Shown: positions 34,644 to 42,694 of the stretch, one piece after another
Layout: each line of letters starts with the position of its first letter
How positions within the stretch are numbered: the first letter of the stretch is position 1
IMG/VR virus record: IMGVR_UViG_3300024344_000036
Coordinates: 1 to 43,583 of that record
DNA length: 43,583 nt
From: a virus
Lineage: Duplodnaviria > Caudoviricetes
Strand: one strand, 5' to 3'
Notes under the pieces: generated by a model
Database searches by the model: none
Told to the model about the DNA's origin: nothing
The model's input: only the letters and a program-made list of their open reading frames with translations
Position numbers and translations under genes: made by a program

Positions 34644-34745
34644 TTATTTTATTCTTTCATCAATAATTTTACCAATTACAAATACCATAAGTGTAATGAG
34701 TAATAAATCTGCTAGGATTAATCCCAACAAAATGTTGACGATCAT
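34644..34745 (-). CDS. 33-aa single-TM peptide
   Basis: MIVNILLGLILADLLLITLMVFVIGKIIDERIK; ATGA-coupled. Confidence 0.6.
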   Translation of the reverse strand: MIVNILLGLILADLLLITLMVFVIGKIIDERIK

Positions 34746-34876
34746 GTTATCCACCTTAAGTACCAACCAACTACATCTATTATACTTAATACTATTATAA
34801 TATTTAATAGAGTGGTGGTATTGGAATACCATTTATCTCTTTGATATTTATTCTTTTTATTATACTGCTTCTGCAT
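34742..34876 (-). CDS. 44-aa single-TM peptide (not in ORF track)
   Basis: MQKQYNKKNKYQRDKWYSNTTTLLNIIIVLSIIDVVGWYLRWIT; RBS GGAGG. Confidence 0.6.
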   Translation of the reverse strand: MQKQYNKKNKYQRDKWYSNTTTLLNIIIVLSIIDVVGWYLRWIT

Positions 34877-35789
34877 AAGCCTCCACTAAATCTGGATGAG
34901 GTTGTTTATCGAAATCATTATCCAGGAAAAGATTGCGACGATCAGGTGAAGCTGAACAGACTTCTTTAAATCGACAGCCACCATAGTTGTTACAAGCAGT
35001 GAAATCTGCTGGGTAATATTGTTTATTAAAATAATTTGTTGATGTATCTAATGTATGCATCGCATCTTTATACCATTCCATTATTAAATCTGTTGGTACA
35101 TTGTATACACTACGATCAAACCTAGTGAAGTGCACACCTGTTTGCACAGCATCAATAATAAATCCTGCTACGTCCAGACCTAGTACTTCCCTGGCAGCCC
35201 ATAGATAACTGAACACTTGATTGTTCGGCATAAAGTTACCAAAGTAATTAGAGTTAAGTGTTGTCTTAGTTGTCTTAACATCACATAAATATAACTTACC
35301 TTCTAGTTGTACTACCTTATCAATACGACCAGAGAATCTGTACTCTCCATTACCGAATGGTACTTCGAACCTTTGCTCAAGGCAAGGCTCTCCATTTGGC
35401 ATGGTAGCTATTTCAAATAGGTCTTCCCAAAATTCTTCTGCTCTCCAGGTAACAGCTCGTAAAGCTGCAGTCAACCCCCGTGCCTTATCTTCTGATAAGT
35501 TTAAAGCCTCGCCAAATTCCAGGAGCACGTGCTTTATAGCTGCTACCACAGCTTCATCCTTTGTTGCCCCCTTGAATTTCTGAATGTCAAGGACTTCAAG
35601 TCCTTCGTGTACAGCAGAACCAAAGCCTGTTGCCATACCATATGTCTTAGACTTATACCCTTGTAGGTTAGTCCAGTTGTACATACGGGGGCATGATAGG
35701 AATGAGGATAGACTTGATGTATCCCATATCTTTTGAATAGGGTTACCGTCTTGTAATATAAACTTCTTTAGTCTATCTGGTTGTTCCAT
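34860..35789 (-). CDS. PD-(D/E)XK exonuclease, Cas4/AddB-like
   Basis: S.LSSFLSCPR, FGSAVH, GRID, DVKT, Q...Y and C-terminal C.....C.F...C (1+3 Cys pattern). Confidence 0.85.
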   Translation of the reverse strand: MEQPDRLKKFILQDGNPIQKIWDTSSLSSFLSCPRMYNWTNLQGYKSKTYGMATGFGSAVHEGLEVLDIQKFKGATKDEAVVAAIKHVLLEFGEALNLSEDKARGLTAALRAVTWRAEEFWEDLFEIATMPNGEPCLEQRFEVPFGNGEYRFSGRIDKVVQLEGKLYLCDVKTTKTTLNSNYFGNFMPNNQVFSYLWAAREVLGLDVAGFIIDAVQTGVHFTRFDRSVYNVPTDLIMEWYKDAMHTLDTSTNYFNKQYYPADFTACNNYGGCRFKEVCSASPDRRNLFLDNDFDKQPHPDLVEAYAEAV

Positions 35790-36031
35790 TATGCCTCCTT
35801 AACTAGCATGTCCAATACATTTGTTTCGTATTGTTTAGGTTTAGTTCTTGCTGATTTACTGGTGATACGTTTACCTGCCTTCTCTGTTGCTCGGATGTTT
35901 TCCCTGGTAGCACGCAAGTAAGTAACAATAGTTTGTATATCTTCCTCACTCTCTGCTAATTCCAATGGGTCTTTATCCAACAAGTCGACAGGTATAACTA
36001 ACTCATCTTCTTGCTTTACTTCATCAGTCAT
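35789..36031 (-). CDS. Hypothetical protein
   Basis: TAATG-coupled; RBS GGAGAG. Confidence 0.7.
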   Translation of the reverse strand: MTDEVKQEDELVIPVDLLDKDPLELAESEEDIQTIVTYLRATRENIRATEKAGKRITSKSARTKPKQYETNVLDMLVKEA

Positions 36032-36284
36032 TACTCTCTCCTAGCTTTGTAAATTGTGGTTCGTTTTGACCAGGTACTACGTTGATGGCACGTAACTCTG
36101 CATCTGGAATAGTAACTAATCCTTGTAACACATATGGTATAGGGTATCTACATACATACTTACGTAGTTCCTTGCTCCATTCTATTTTACATTTCTTAAA
36201 GATTTCTTCGGCGTGTTCTTTAGAGTCAGCCTCAACTAACCAATGTTGTGTATTCATATGTGATGTTGTAATATCGTATTGCAT
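36024..36284 (-). CDS. Hypothetical protein
   Basis: RBS AAGGAGAG; VEADS.E.A motif resembles 38586..38846. Confidence 0.7.
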   Translation of the reverse strand: MQYDITTSHMNTQHWLVEADSKEHAEEIFKKCKIEWSKELRKYVCRYPIPYVLQGLVTIPDAELRAINVVPGQNEPQFTKLGESND

Positions 36285-36306
36285 ATCTCTCCTTATTTAA
36301 TTATTA

Positions 36307-36334
36307 ATAGTATCACAGATAGAAAAAATGTCAA
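36307..36334 (-). promoter_or_regulatory. Sigma70-like promoter
   Basis: TTGACA-16 bp-TACTAT. Confidence 0.5.
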
Positions 36335-36335
36335 G

Positions 36336-36593
36336 CTAAAAGTTTAACAAAATTCCTACTGCAAATATAAACATGGCTATTGCATTGACTGTCATCAATG
36401 CTCGGTCGTGCCACATATAACCGACAATAAACCAACCAGTTACTCCACCTAAATGGAAGAACAAATTGAGTGGGCTTATCTCTACTGCTGTTAACACCAT
36501 GCCTATGATGATGATAATAGAAGCTGTCCATTTAATATACCAGGATTTGCCATGGCCCGGTGTTATCTTCTTAAAAGTTTGGTTCATACTCAT
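36336..36593 (-). CDS. Three-TM membrane protein
   Basis: WYIKW.AS...P.NL...GW..VG..WHDRAL...N; start uncertain. Confidence 0.7.
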   Translation of the reverse strand: MSMNQTFKKITPGHGKSWYIKWTASIIIIIGMVLTAVEISPLNLFFHLGGVTGWFIVGYMWHDRALMTVNAIAMFIFAVGILLNF

Positions 36594-36816
36594 GCCCCCT
36601 TTCATGTAGTTCTTTATAGTATTCATACAACTTTTTATATTCGTGGTATGCTCTCCACCTATCTTCAAACTCTGCATTGTACATTTCATCTTCCCAATGT
36701 TTCATTCGTGTAGGTACATGTACTATTCTTTCGTTCTTTTGTCGTACTGATTCACGATAACTATGGTCTAATATCTCTTGTTCTTTTTTCATGTTGTCAT
36801 AAAAATCTTCACTCAT
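36571..36816 (-). CDS. Hypothetical protein
   Basis: RBS AAGGAGAG. Confidence 0.7.
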   Translation of the reverse strand: MSEDFYDNMKKEQEILDHSYRESVRQKNERIVHVPTRMKHWEDEMYNAEFEDRWRAYHEYKKLYEYYKELHERGHEYEPNF

Positions 36817-36837
36817 ATTCTCTCCTTAAATTTTTCT

Positions 36838-36936
36838 TTATTGAATACATCCTTGACATATTGTATTTGCAATTGCCATTGTTATTACATACAATATCCA
36901 CATTGTTACTATTAATATTATTATTCGTATTATCAC
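36838..36936 (-). CDS. 32-aa single-TM peptide (not in ORF track)
   Basis: GTG start overlapping the upstream TAG; MIIRIIILIVTMWILYVITMAIANTICQGCIQ. Confidence 0.5.
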   Translation of the reverse strand: MIIRIIILIVTMWILYVITMAIANTICQGCIQ

Positions 36937-37232
36937 TAATGTAATGTTGGTTTAATTAGAGTACCATTCTCTAACCAATCTACCTCGTCAAGTTCATTGT
37001 CTTTACCGAATGTCTCAACCAATGGACCTTTCTCCAGGATTGTAGCAACGGCGCTGCTAAACATATGCAAGGTACTTGTTGTACCTGTTCTCATAAGTAA
37101 CATACGTAAACCTAACTCTAACATAGCACTGTTAATAATATCCACAGGATATTTCTTTGACAGTTCTGTTATAGGCTCACGCATTTCTTCTATACATTTA
37201 GTGAACATATCTTCTAGTCTATCTTTCTTCAT
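36936..37232 (-). CDS. Hypothetical protein
   Basis: ATGA-coupled; RBS AAGGAG. Confidence 0.7.
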   Translation of the reverse strand: MKKDRLEDMFTKCIEEMREPITELSKKYPVDIINSAMLELGLRMLLMRTGTTSTLHMFSSAVATILEKGPLVETFGKDNELDEVDWLENGTLIKPTLH

Positions 37233-37549
37233 AGTATATCTCCTTCCCCTGTCATTAATGTTAAGGGTTGTTGTTCGAGTGATGAGGTAATTATTACCTC
37301 GTCATCTGTAGACACTACTTTCAAATGATTATATTTATTCTCATCTACATTATCGTTACCTACCATTTGTAATTTATATGCTTTCATAAATTTATACATA
37401 CGCATACGCAACGCAAAAGCATTGTCATTTTTTATTATAATCTTAGGCTCATCTAATTCAGATGTGTCTAAATATTCTATTGCTTTATCTAATGCGTCTG
37501 AAATATCTGTCAACTGCAATAGGTTCTGCGTCGTCGGATTCCATGCCAT
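37229..37549 (-). CDS. Hypothetical protein
   Basis: Likely start MAWNP after GAGG. Confidence 0.65.
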   Translation of the reverse strand: MAWNPTTQNLLQLTDISDALDKAIEYLDTSELDEPKIIIKNDNAFALRMRMYKFMKAYKLQMVGNDNVDENKYNHLKVVSTDDEVIITSSLEQQPLTLMTGEGDIL

Positions 37550-37751
37550 TGGTAGCCTCCTCTTGTTGTAGTTCATAGTCGTCTTGGTCTAAAGTCAAAT
37601 CATCTACATCTATTCTTGATTGACCAGTTGGTATCTGTACTGAGTAGCCATCCATTACAAAGTCTCCTTCTTCCAGGATATCTTCATCTCTTGGTGTTGC
37701 CTCCCGTAAGCCCACACCTTTACTCCATTTACTTTTCTTTTTCTTTTTCAT
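37485..37751 (-). CDS. Hypothetical protein, basic N-terminus and acidic body
   Basis: RBS AAGGA; fits the operon tiling. Confidence 0.6.
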   Translation of the reverse strand: MKKKKKSKWSKGVGLREATPRDEDILEEGDFVMDGYSVQIPTGQSRIDVDDLTLDQDDYELQQEEATNGMESDDAEPIAVDRYFRRIR

Positions 37752-37896
37752 AATCTTTTTTCCTTACAAATATATAAACTGTGAAACATAGAAAACCTAA
37801 TGTTACTATGTTGGGGGCAAAGAAGAAACTCAAAGCTCCCATAATATAAAATCCATACACACATATGTATGTTACCACGCCACCGAGTGTTGCCAT
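37729..37896 (-). CDS. 55-aa two-TM protein (not in ORF track)
   Basis: MATLGGVVTYICVYGFYIMGALSFFFAPNIVTLGFLCFTVYIFVRKKDYEKEKEK. Confidence 0.6.
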   Translation of the reverse strand: MATLGGVVTYICVYGFYIMGALSFFFAPNIVTLGFLCFTVYIFVRKKDYEKEKEK

Positions 37897-38330
37897 TCTT
37901 GGTATCCTTTCTCCTCAATGATATTGTTTAGTGATAACTGTGAATCAATCACAGCACCACGATTACAGTTAACAAACATCAATGCATTAGTGATGTTGCC
38001 TTCTTCATTAATAACATCTGCTATGTGAGGTGTGTAGTTTGCATTGGTTTCCATTTGATTAATACATTCCATTGCCCTTACATCACACTCATACAGGTGT
38101 CCTTTGATAGACTTACCTTCTGCTTGTCCGTAATCAAAGAACACAATAGGGAATGCGTTAGCATAATCTCTCATCTGAAAGATAGAATGCAAAGTAAAGT
38201 ATTCCCCCATATAATCAGACCGTTTGGTTAGTTCATCCAGTCTGCCCCCTTTTTTTAATGTACCATATGTAAAAAGCCTAGTCTTATAAGCCTCTTGCAA
38301 CAGTGGGTTTGCCATTTTCGTACTGCTCAA
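37872..38330 (-). CDS. Gamma-glutamylcyclotransferase (AIG2/GGACT-like)
   Basis: LFTYGTLKKG, FP, IKG.LYE and ME motifs. Confidence 0.85.
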   Translation of the reverse strand: MSSTKMANPLLQEAYKTRLFTYGTLKKGGRLDELTKRSDYMGEYFTLHSIFQMRDYANAFPIVFFDYGQAEGKSIKGHLYECDVRAMECINQMETNANYTPHIADVINEEGNITNALMFVNCNRGAVIDSQLSLNNIIEEKGYQEWQHSVAW

Positions 38331-38583
38331 TTCTTCCTCCCTCTAGATATTGAATCTCAGTTATACAATTAGTAGGGATAACTGCACCCCCACCACCTGT
38401 CTTACTCTCCTCATCATAAGATGAGATAGTTACAATCTTACCACCGAAGTCAGTGAGTATCCAACCCACAGTTTCGACAGGTCTTAATTGTTGTTGTCTT
38501 AATTCAGACAACTCTTGCCATGTATTATCATCTGACATTGCGTCAAGCCATTTGATTTTTACTAAGTCCATTATGTTTAACAT
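38284..38583 (-). CDS. Phage hypothetical protein
   Basis: VKIKWLDA...W...ETVGW...IP..CI motif. Confidence 0.7.
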   Translation of the reverse strand: MLNIMDLVKIKWLDAMSDDNTWQELSELRQQQLRPVETVGWILTDFGGKIVTISSYDEESKTGGGGAVIPTNCITEIQYLEGGRIEQYENGKPTVARGL

Positions 38584-38585
38584 AA

Positions 38586-38846
38586 TTATTTCTCCTTGTC
38601 AATCGGTTTCTTTTTCATTATCTCTAAGACCTTTGTCTTAAAGTCTACTACATTACCAGGAAACTCTGGTGATGAGTCAGGGAACTTGGGTTCCACTATG
38701 TAAGAGCCGTTCTCTTTCCATGTCCTACTTGTTTGCTTACCCTCGTTGTCAAGCACCCGTTCCCAGGCATCATCCTTGCTGGTTGCTTCTACTTCGTAGG
38801 TACACTCAAGTGTTTCCCAAGTTGTTACATTATACTTCATAGTCAT
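38586..38846 (-). CDS. Hypothetical protein
   Basis: YEVEATS...AW motif. Confidence 0.65.
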   Translation of the reverse strand: MTMKYNVTTWETLECTYEVEATSKDDAWERVLDNEGKQTSRTWKENGSYIVEPKFPDSSPEFPGNVVDFKTKVLEIMKKKPIDKEK

Positions 38847-39315
38847 TCCTTTCTTCTCGTCTTTGTCTTTCCCATTCTAATTCAAAAGGTTCCCAGGTAT
38901 TATTTTCATCACCTGCAGCTTGCGGCAGCTCGGCTGTAATCCTGGATGCTCGTCTTCTTTGAGCCTCTACTCTGCGTCTAGCCTTATCTCTTTTCGCTAT
39001 AAAGTTAGGGTCGATACTAAACAGCACTCGTCTGCCTATCTTACTAACCTTAACACGATAAGGCTCAGCGTCTACCAGTTGGTCGTTGAGCCACCTCTCC
39101 CACCTACGCTTATGTTCTTTGGCGTGTACTGGGTAGCGAAGTCGGTAATATCTGGGCTTGCCGTCAGCATTGACAGGTCTGATGAATGTATTAACCACAT
39201 CAGTACCACTTCGTATGCACTCCTCGTCTATGACATTATCATCTTCATCATAGACAGGGTCGTATAGTGGGGATTGATACCTAATTTGTTCTGCCCCCTT
39301 GATTAGTGGATTCAT
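38830..39315 (-). CDS. Hypothetical Arg-rich protein
   Basis: RBS AAGGAG. Confidence 0.7.
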   Translation of the reverse strand: MNPLIKGAEQIRYQSPLYDPVYDEDDNVIDEECIRSGTDVVNTFIRPVNADGKPRYYRLRYPVHAKEHKRRWERWLNDQLVDAEPYRVKVSKIGRRVLFSIDPNFIAKRDKARRRVEAQRRRASRITAELPQAAGDENNTWEPFELEWERQRREERNDYEV

Positions 39316-39316
39316 C

Positions 39317-39436
39317 TTAGTCTCCTTTTGCTTTGCGTTCTAGTGTCATGCGTACATCATGTACGATAACGAAAGTCCAATAAAATAATGGTAGTGAAAT
39401 CACTCCACTCAAATAAATAATAATAGATAGTAACAT
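39317..39436 (-). CDS. 39-aa single-TM peptide (not in ORF track)
   Basis: MLLSIIIYLSGVISLPLFYWTFVIVHDVRMTLERKAKGD; RBS GAGGAG. Confidence 0.65.
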   Translation of the reverse strand: MLLSIIIYLSGVISLPLFYWTFVIVHDVRMTLERKAKGD

Positions 39437-39465
39437 AACTTTGTCTCCTCGTCAATAGTTTTCTT

Positions 39466-39679
39466 CGAATAACCTCGATAGAGTTCGATAGAGTACGAGG
39501 GTTACCATTTTTGGCGAACAGGCACACCCCTCTCTAATATACGATTTAAAATATATATATATTTTTATATATACTATATATAGTATAAGGGTAGTGTACC
39601 CTACACAAGACGACCTCGTGCCACCTCATTGTAATATTGGTAACCCTCGAGTTCTTTCGAGTACTGTCGGAGTTATTCG
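39466..39679. repeat. 42-bp imperfect inverted repeat around AT-rich palindromes; candidate replication origin
   Basis: Arms 39466-39507 and 39638-39679 match at 32/42 positions. Perfect 18-bp palindromes at 39548-39565 and 39570-39587. Confidence 0.75.
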
Positions 39680-39728
39680 GTTATATCCTGCAACCTCATG
39701 TTGCCTGGATAATCCAGGGGAAGAGCAG

Positions 39729-40379
39729 CTACGCTGCCGCATCAACTCTTTCCTGGATAATGTTTCTCCATAGTGGGTTTATCATGTCGTGATGTTCCCA
39801 CCATGTATGTGCTGTTGCCCCCTCATTAAAGATTTGATGGTGTTGATTGAGACTTAATCTCATAGCTTTGACAGGGTGTGGTTGATAGTACATAGGTCTA
39901 CCTAATGTATTCCCATTACCTTGCATGTTCCATGTAGGAAATTTTCTGTGGCTTTCATATCTGAATGTGCCATGTGAATCGGGATTAGCTTTGACCAAAT
40001 CAAATGTACCATTGTCTTGATAAGACTTGCATAGACTAGGGTATGATTGCCAGAATGTAGCACCATACCGATAGAATAGTTTGTTGACTAGACTATTCAC
40101 TTTTCCTTTGCTATCTGATATTACATTATCGTAGTCCTCTTGCGTTAGTTCAGTACCTTTGATAGCTATACCATAGTCATTGTCGGTGTATAGTGAGAAA
40201 GGTTTTCGGCGAAACGAAGTTTTCTCTGGGTCAAAGGGGTGTTGACACACCCCAAATTGTACATCTTTTAAATAGACTTGTCTAATTAGTGTTGTCCACT
40301 TTAACTTATTAGACCCACCACTTCTGGTAGTTATCTCATAAAAGTTTTTAGTTTCTAAATCAAATCTAAATATAGTCAT
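39729..40379 (-). CDS. Hypothetical protein
   Basis: 216-aa ORF directly downstream of the GATase. Confidence 0.75.
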   Translation of the reverse strand: MTIFRFDLETKNFYEITTRSGGSNKLKWTTLIRQVYLKDVQFGVCQHPFDPEKTSFRRKPFSLYTDNDYGIAIKGTELTQEDYDNVISDSKGKVNSLVNKLFYRYGATFWQSYPSLCKSYQDNGTFDLVKANPDSHGTFRYESHRKFPTWNMQGNGNTLGRPMYYQPHPVKAMRLSLNQHHQIFNEGATAHTWWEHHDMINPLWRNIIQERVDAAA

Positions 40380-40380
40380 G

Positions 40381-41301
40381 CTACTTCCCTTCCTTTACTT
40401 CCATGTTGTATACTAAGTCGTTAACCCACTTAGCTGTACCTGTTGGATTCTCTATGATGAGGTCATAGATTTCTTCTGCTGTCAGACCATAAAAATCATT
40501 CTCATCTATATCAGTTCCATTTTCATGTATGTCTCTTGGTGGATTGACATAGTTCTTGGTAGTGTTGTTACTCTCTATACCTCTACGATATATTGGTGTA
40601 CCAGAATAATGACCCATGCCACCATAACCCCAATCATCATCTTCATAAGTCCACTTGTTCTCTATCTTTTTTAGAGTGTCAGTATCTTCATCATACTTGT
40701 AATCTCTAGACAAAGCATAGTTACCTCGTGGCTCTAATGAGTATGTGTTTGACAACCACATATCATCTGTGGTCTTGCCTTGTTCCTCGTTGATGATAGT
40801 AAACTCCTCTGTCTTACTATCCAGGAATAAGAGCTTGTCGCTACCAATCATATCAGACAACATCTCTTGCCAATCTGGATTGTATAGTAACTCTGGCTCA
40901 TTGAGTAGTTGTGGTCTGAGTACCCACTTGACAAACTGATGAGTGTCAGATTTGTTACTGTCAATCATAGGTGTAGGTAACTGAGGTCCGTTGTGCATGA
41001 GCCATATATCTCTGTTACTCTCCTCTTTAGTTAGTACTTGGTAAGGGTGCGACATAGCTTTGCTTGACTCCCCATTGGTATTGAATCTGAAATGTAAACC
41101 CATAGGCACATCTAGATTTTTGTAGCTATCCCATAGCTTGTTGATAGATTTGAATGACTTTGGCTTACCCAATTTGTGAACATGGACTTTGCCTTTGTTG
41201 GCAAACATAAGTCCAAACCCATCATCATTATTTAAGTATGCACAGTTCATCATATTCTCTGTGATAACTTCTGGTTTTGTAGCTTGTATAATTAAGCACA
41301 T
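40381..41301 (-). CDS. Class II (Ntn) glutamine amidotransferase
   Basis: N-terminal MC, N.DGFG, HFR..T, HPY, MHNG, SDT. Confidence 0.9.
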   Translation of the reverse strand: MCLIIQATKPEVITENMMNCAYLNNDDGFGLMFANKGKVHVHKLGKPKSFKSINKLWDSYKNLDVPMGLHFRFNTNGESSKAMSHPYQVLTKEESNRDIWLMHNGPQLPTPMIDSNKSDTHQFVKWVLRPQLLNEPELLYNPDWQEMLSDMIGSDKLLFLDSKTEEFTIINEEQGKTTDDMWLSNTYSLEPRGNYALSRDYKYDEDTDTLKKIENKWTYEDDDWGYGGMGHYSGTPIYRRGIESNNTTKNYVNPPRDIHENGTDIDENDFYGLTAEEIYDLIIENPTGTAKWVNDLVYNMEVKEGK

Positions 41302-41319
41302 AATATAACTCCTTTTCAG

Positions 41320-42528
41320 TTAAGCTATTTCTTTTAGATTGTTCTGCTCATCAGACCAATCAACACTACGACTTGGCTTACCTATGCAATAGGATTTTCT
41401 TGTTAGCCAACCATAGAATATCTTATACTCACTTCTATTTTGTGGTAACTCCATGTATCTTATGAAGTCTTTATAAGATAGTTTTGTCATGCTCGTAGTC
41501 TTACTAAACCCTACTAAAGCATGGACAAATTCCATTACTCTAAACAAACCTTGCTTTGCAAGATTGCCCTTGAATATTCTAAACTCTATTGTATGTCGGT
41601 GCGACATATTGACAGCCTCATATTTCTCAGATGAATTGACAGCATCAGAAATCTTTTTGCTAGATTTCTTTGCCCATTGGTCTGAATTGCGACCTGCAAT
41701 ATGATTCACAAACTCCTCATTTTTGTAGTCATTGATAAAGACAAGTAGCTTACCAATATCAAGCTGTGTTAAATGATTTCTTGATATGTGTATGTGCATA
41801 CCTGTTGTATCAGTATTCCAGGATTTGAGGTGCTTGATTGCAGCTCCATTTAAAAATGTATCCCAATTCTCTCTATGAGCATTGAGTGTGGCTGGTGCTG
41901 TAACAATCTCAAAGCCATTGGATAGTGAGCCATCAGATTTCATAATAGCAAACTGACCTGTCTTACCATTGTAAAAATCATTGTGTGTCATTTCTCCAAT
42001 CTCATAAGGACAATTATTTCTCCTCTCAACTTCTAACTCTACACCCATATAGAGAGGGTATAGTTCTGTCCTGTCCTTGTCTGATACTTGGTAACTACAA
42101 TGCGACATTACATCTTCATTGTATTCATAGATATAATCATCATGCTGTGATTCAGATTCCTCATCATAATAATCATCTTCGCTTACATAGGTATCTCTAT
42201 TTTCTGAGTATATGTAATTGTCAATACAACTAGAGCATATTGGATTATCCTCATAAGCCCACCTTATATCATCTTCATATTCCCAAGCACCACAATCCTC
42301 ACACTTATAGAATCTGTCAATGACATCACCAAAAAGATTAGTGAGCCTTCTGTATCTTGTCATATCATTTCTTATGAAATATCTTGATAACATTCTATCA
42401 ACATCATTAAGTAAATCAACTTCAATATCATACTCATCAAGTCTATCCTCATATTTTAAGCCATATAAATATGAGTATATAGTTTCATTGTTATACTCGG
42501 TACTTCTTAGTTCTGATAGTAAAGTCAT
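41320..42528 (-). CDS. COOH-NH2 ligase (amidoligase) with N-terminal CxxC..CxxC
   Basis: GVELEVE, DGSL, GFEIVT.P, GMHIH, Y.AVN, TIEFRIF. Start at the ATGA overlap. Confidence 0.88.
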   Translation of the reverse strand: MTLLSELRSTEYNNETIYSYLYGLKYEDRLDEYDIEVDLLNDVDRMLSRYFIRNDMTRYRRLTNLFGDVIDRFYKCEDCGAWEYEDDIRWAYEDNPICSSCIDNYIYSENRDTYVSEDDYYDEESESQHDDYIYEYNEDVMSHCSYQVSDKDRTELYPLYMGVELEVERRNNCPYEIGEMTHNDFYNGKTGQFAIMKSDGSLSNGFEIVTAPATLNAHRENWDTFLNGAAIKHLKSWNTDTTGMHIHISRNHLTQLDIGKLLVFINDYKNEEFVNHIAGRNSDQWAKKSSKKISDAVNSSEKYEAVNMSHRHTIEFRIFKGNLAKQGLFRVMEFVHALVGFSKTTSMTKLSYKDFIRYMELPQNRSEYKIFYGWLTRKSYCIGKPSRSVDWSDEQNNLKEIA

Positions 42529-42692
42529 TTTGTACCCCACTTGTTTAATAGTTCGTTAGTGATTGCCTGTTCCTCTTGAATAGACAACTCATCAATATCT
42601 GAGTCCAGGATTTGTTCGTCTAACATTTCCTGCTGTTCTAAAACCCAGTCAGTAAAGCTCATAGTTCTTTTAGTATCTGATTTAATAGGCAT
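42525..42692 (-). CDS. 55-aa acidic protein (not in ORF track)
   Basis: MPIKSDTKRTMSFTDWVLEQQEMLDEQILDSDIDELSIQEEQAITNELLNKWGTK; RBS AAGGAG. Confidence 0.7.
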   Translation of the reverse strand: MPIKSDTKRTMSFTDWVLEQQEMLDEQILDSDIDELSIQEEQAITNELLNKWGTK

Positions 42693-42694
42693 AA

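Noticed and set aside
34746-34832. N-terminal half of track ORF 34644..34832
   Set aside because: Shadow of the 34742..34876 peptide, which has an RBS and ATGA coupling.
34860-35789. CRISPR-Cas locus suggested by the Cas4-like gene
   Set aside because: No array or other cas genes; the context is a phage recombination module.
39548-39587. TA microsatellite or assembly artefact
   Set aside because: It resolves into two exact palindromes centred between inverted arms, so it is treated as part of the structured element.
483-42610. CCWGG looks frequent
   Set aside because: A rough count suggests only a modest excess that Pro-Gly codons could partly explain; it cannot be supported without computation.
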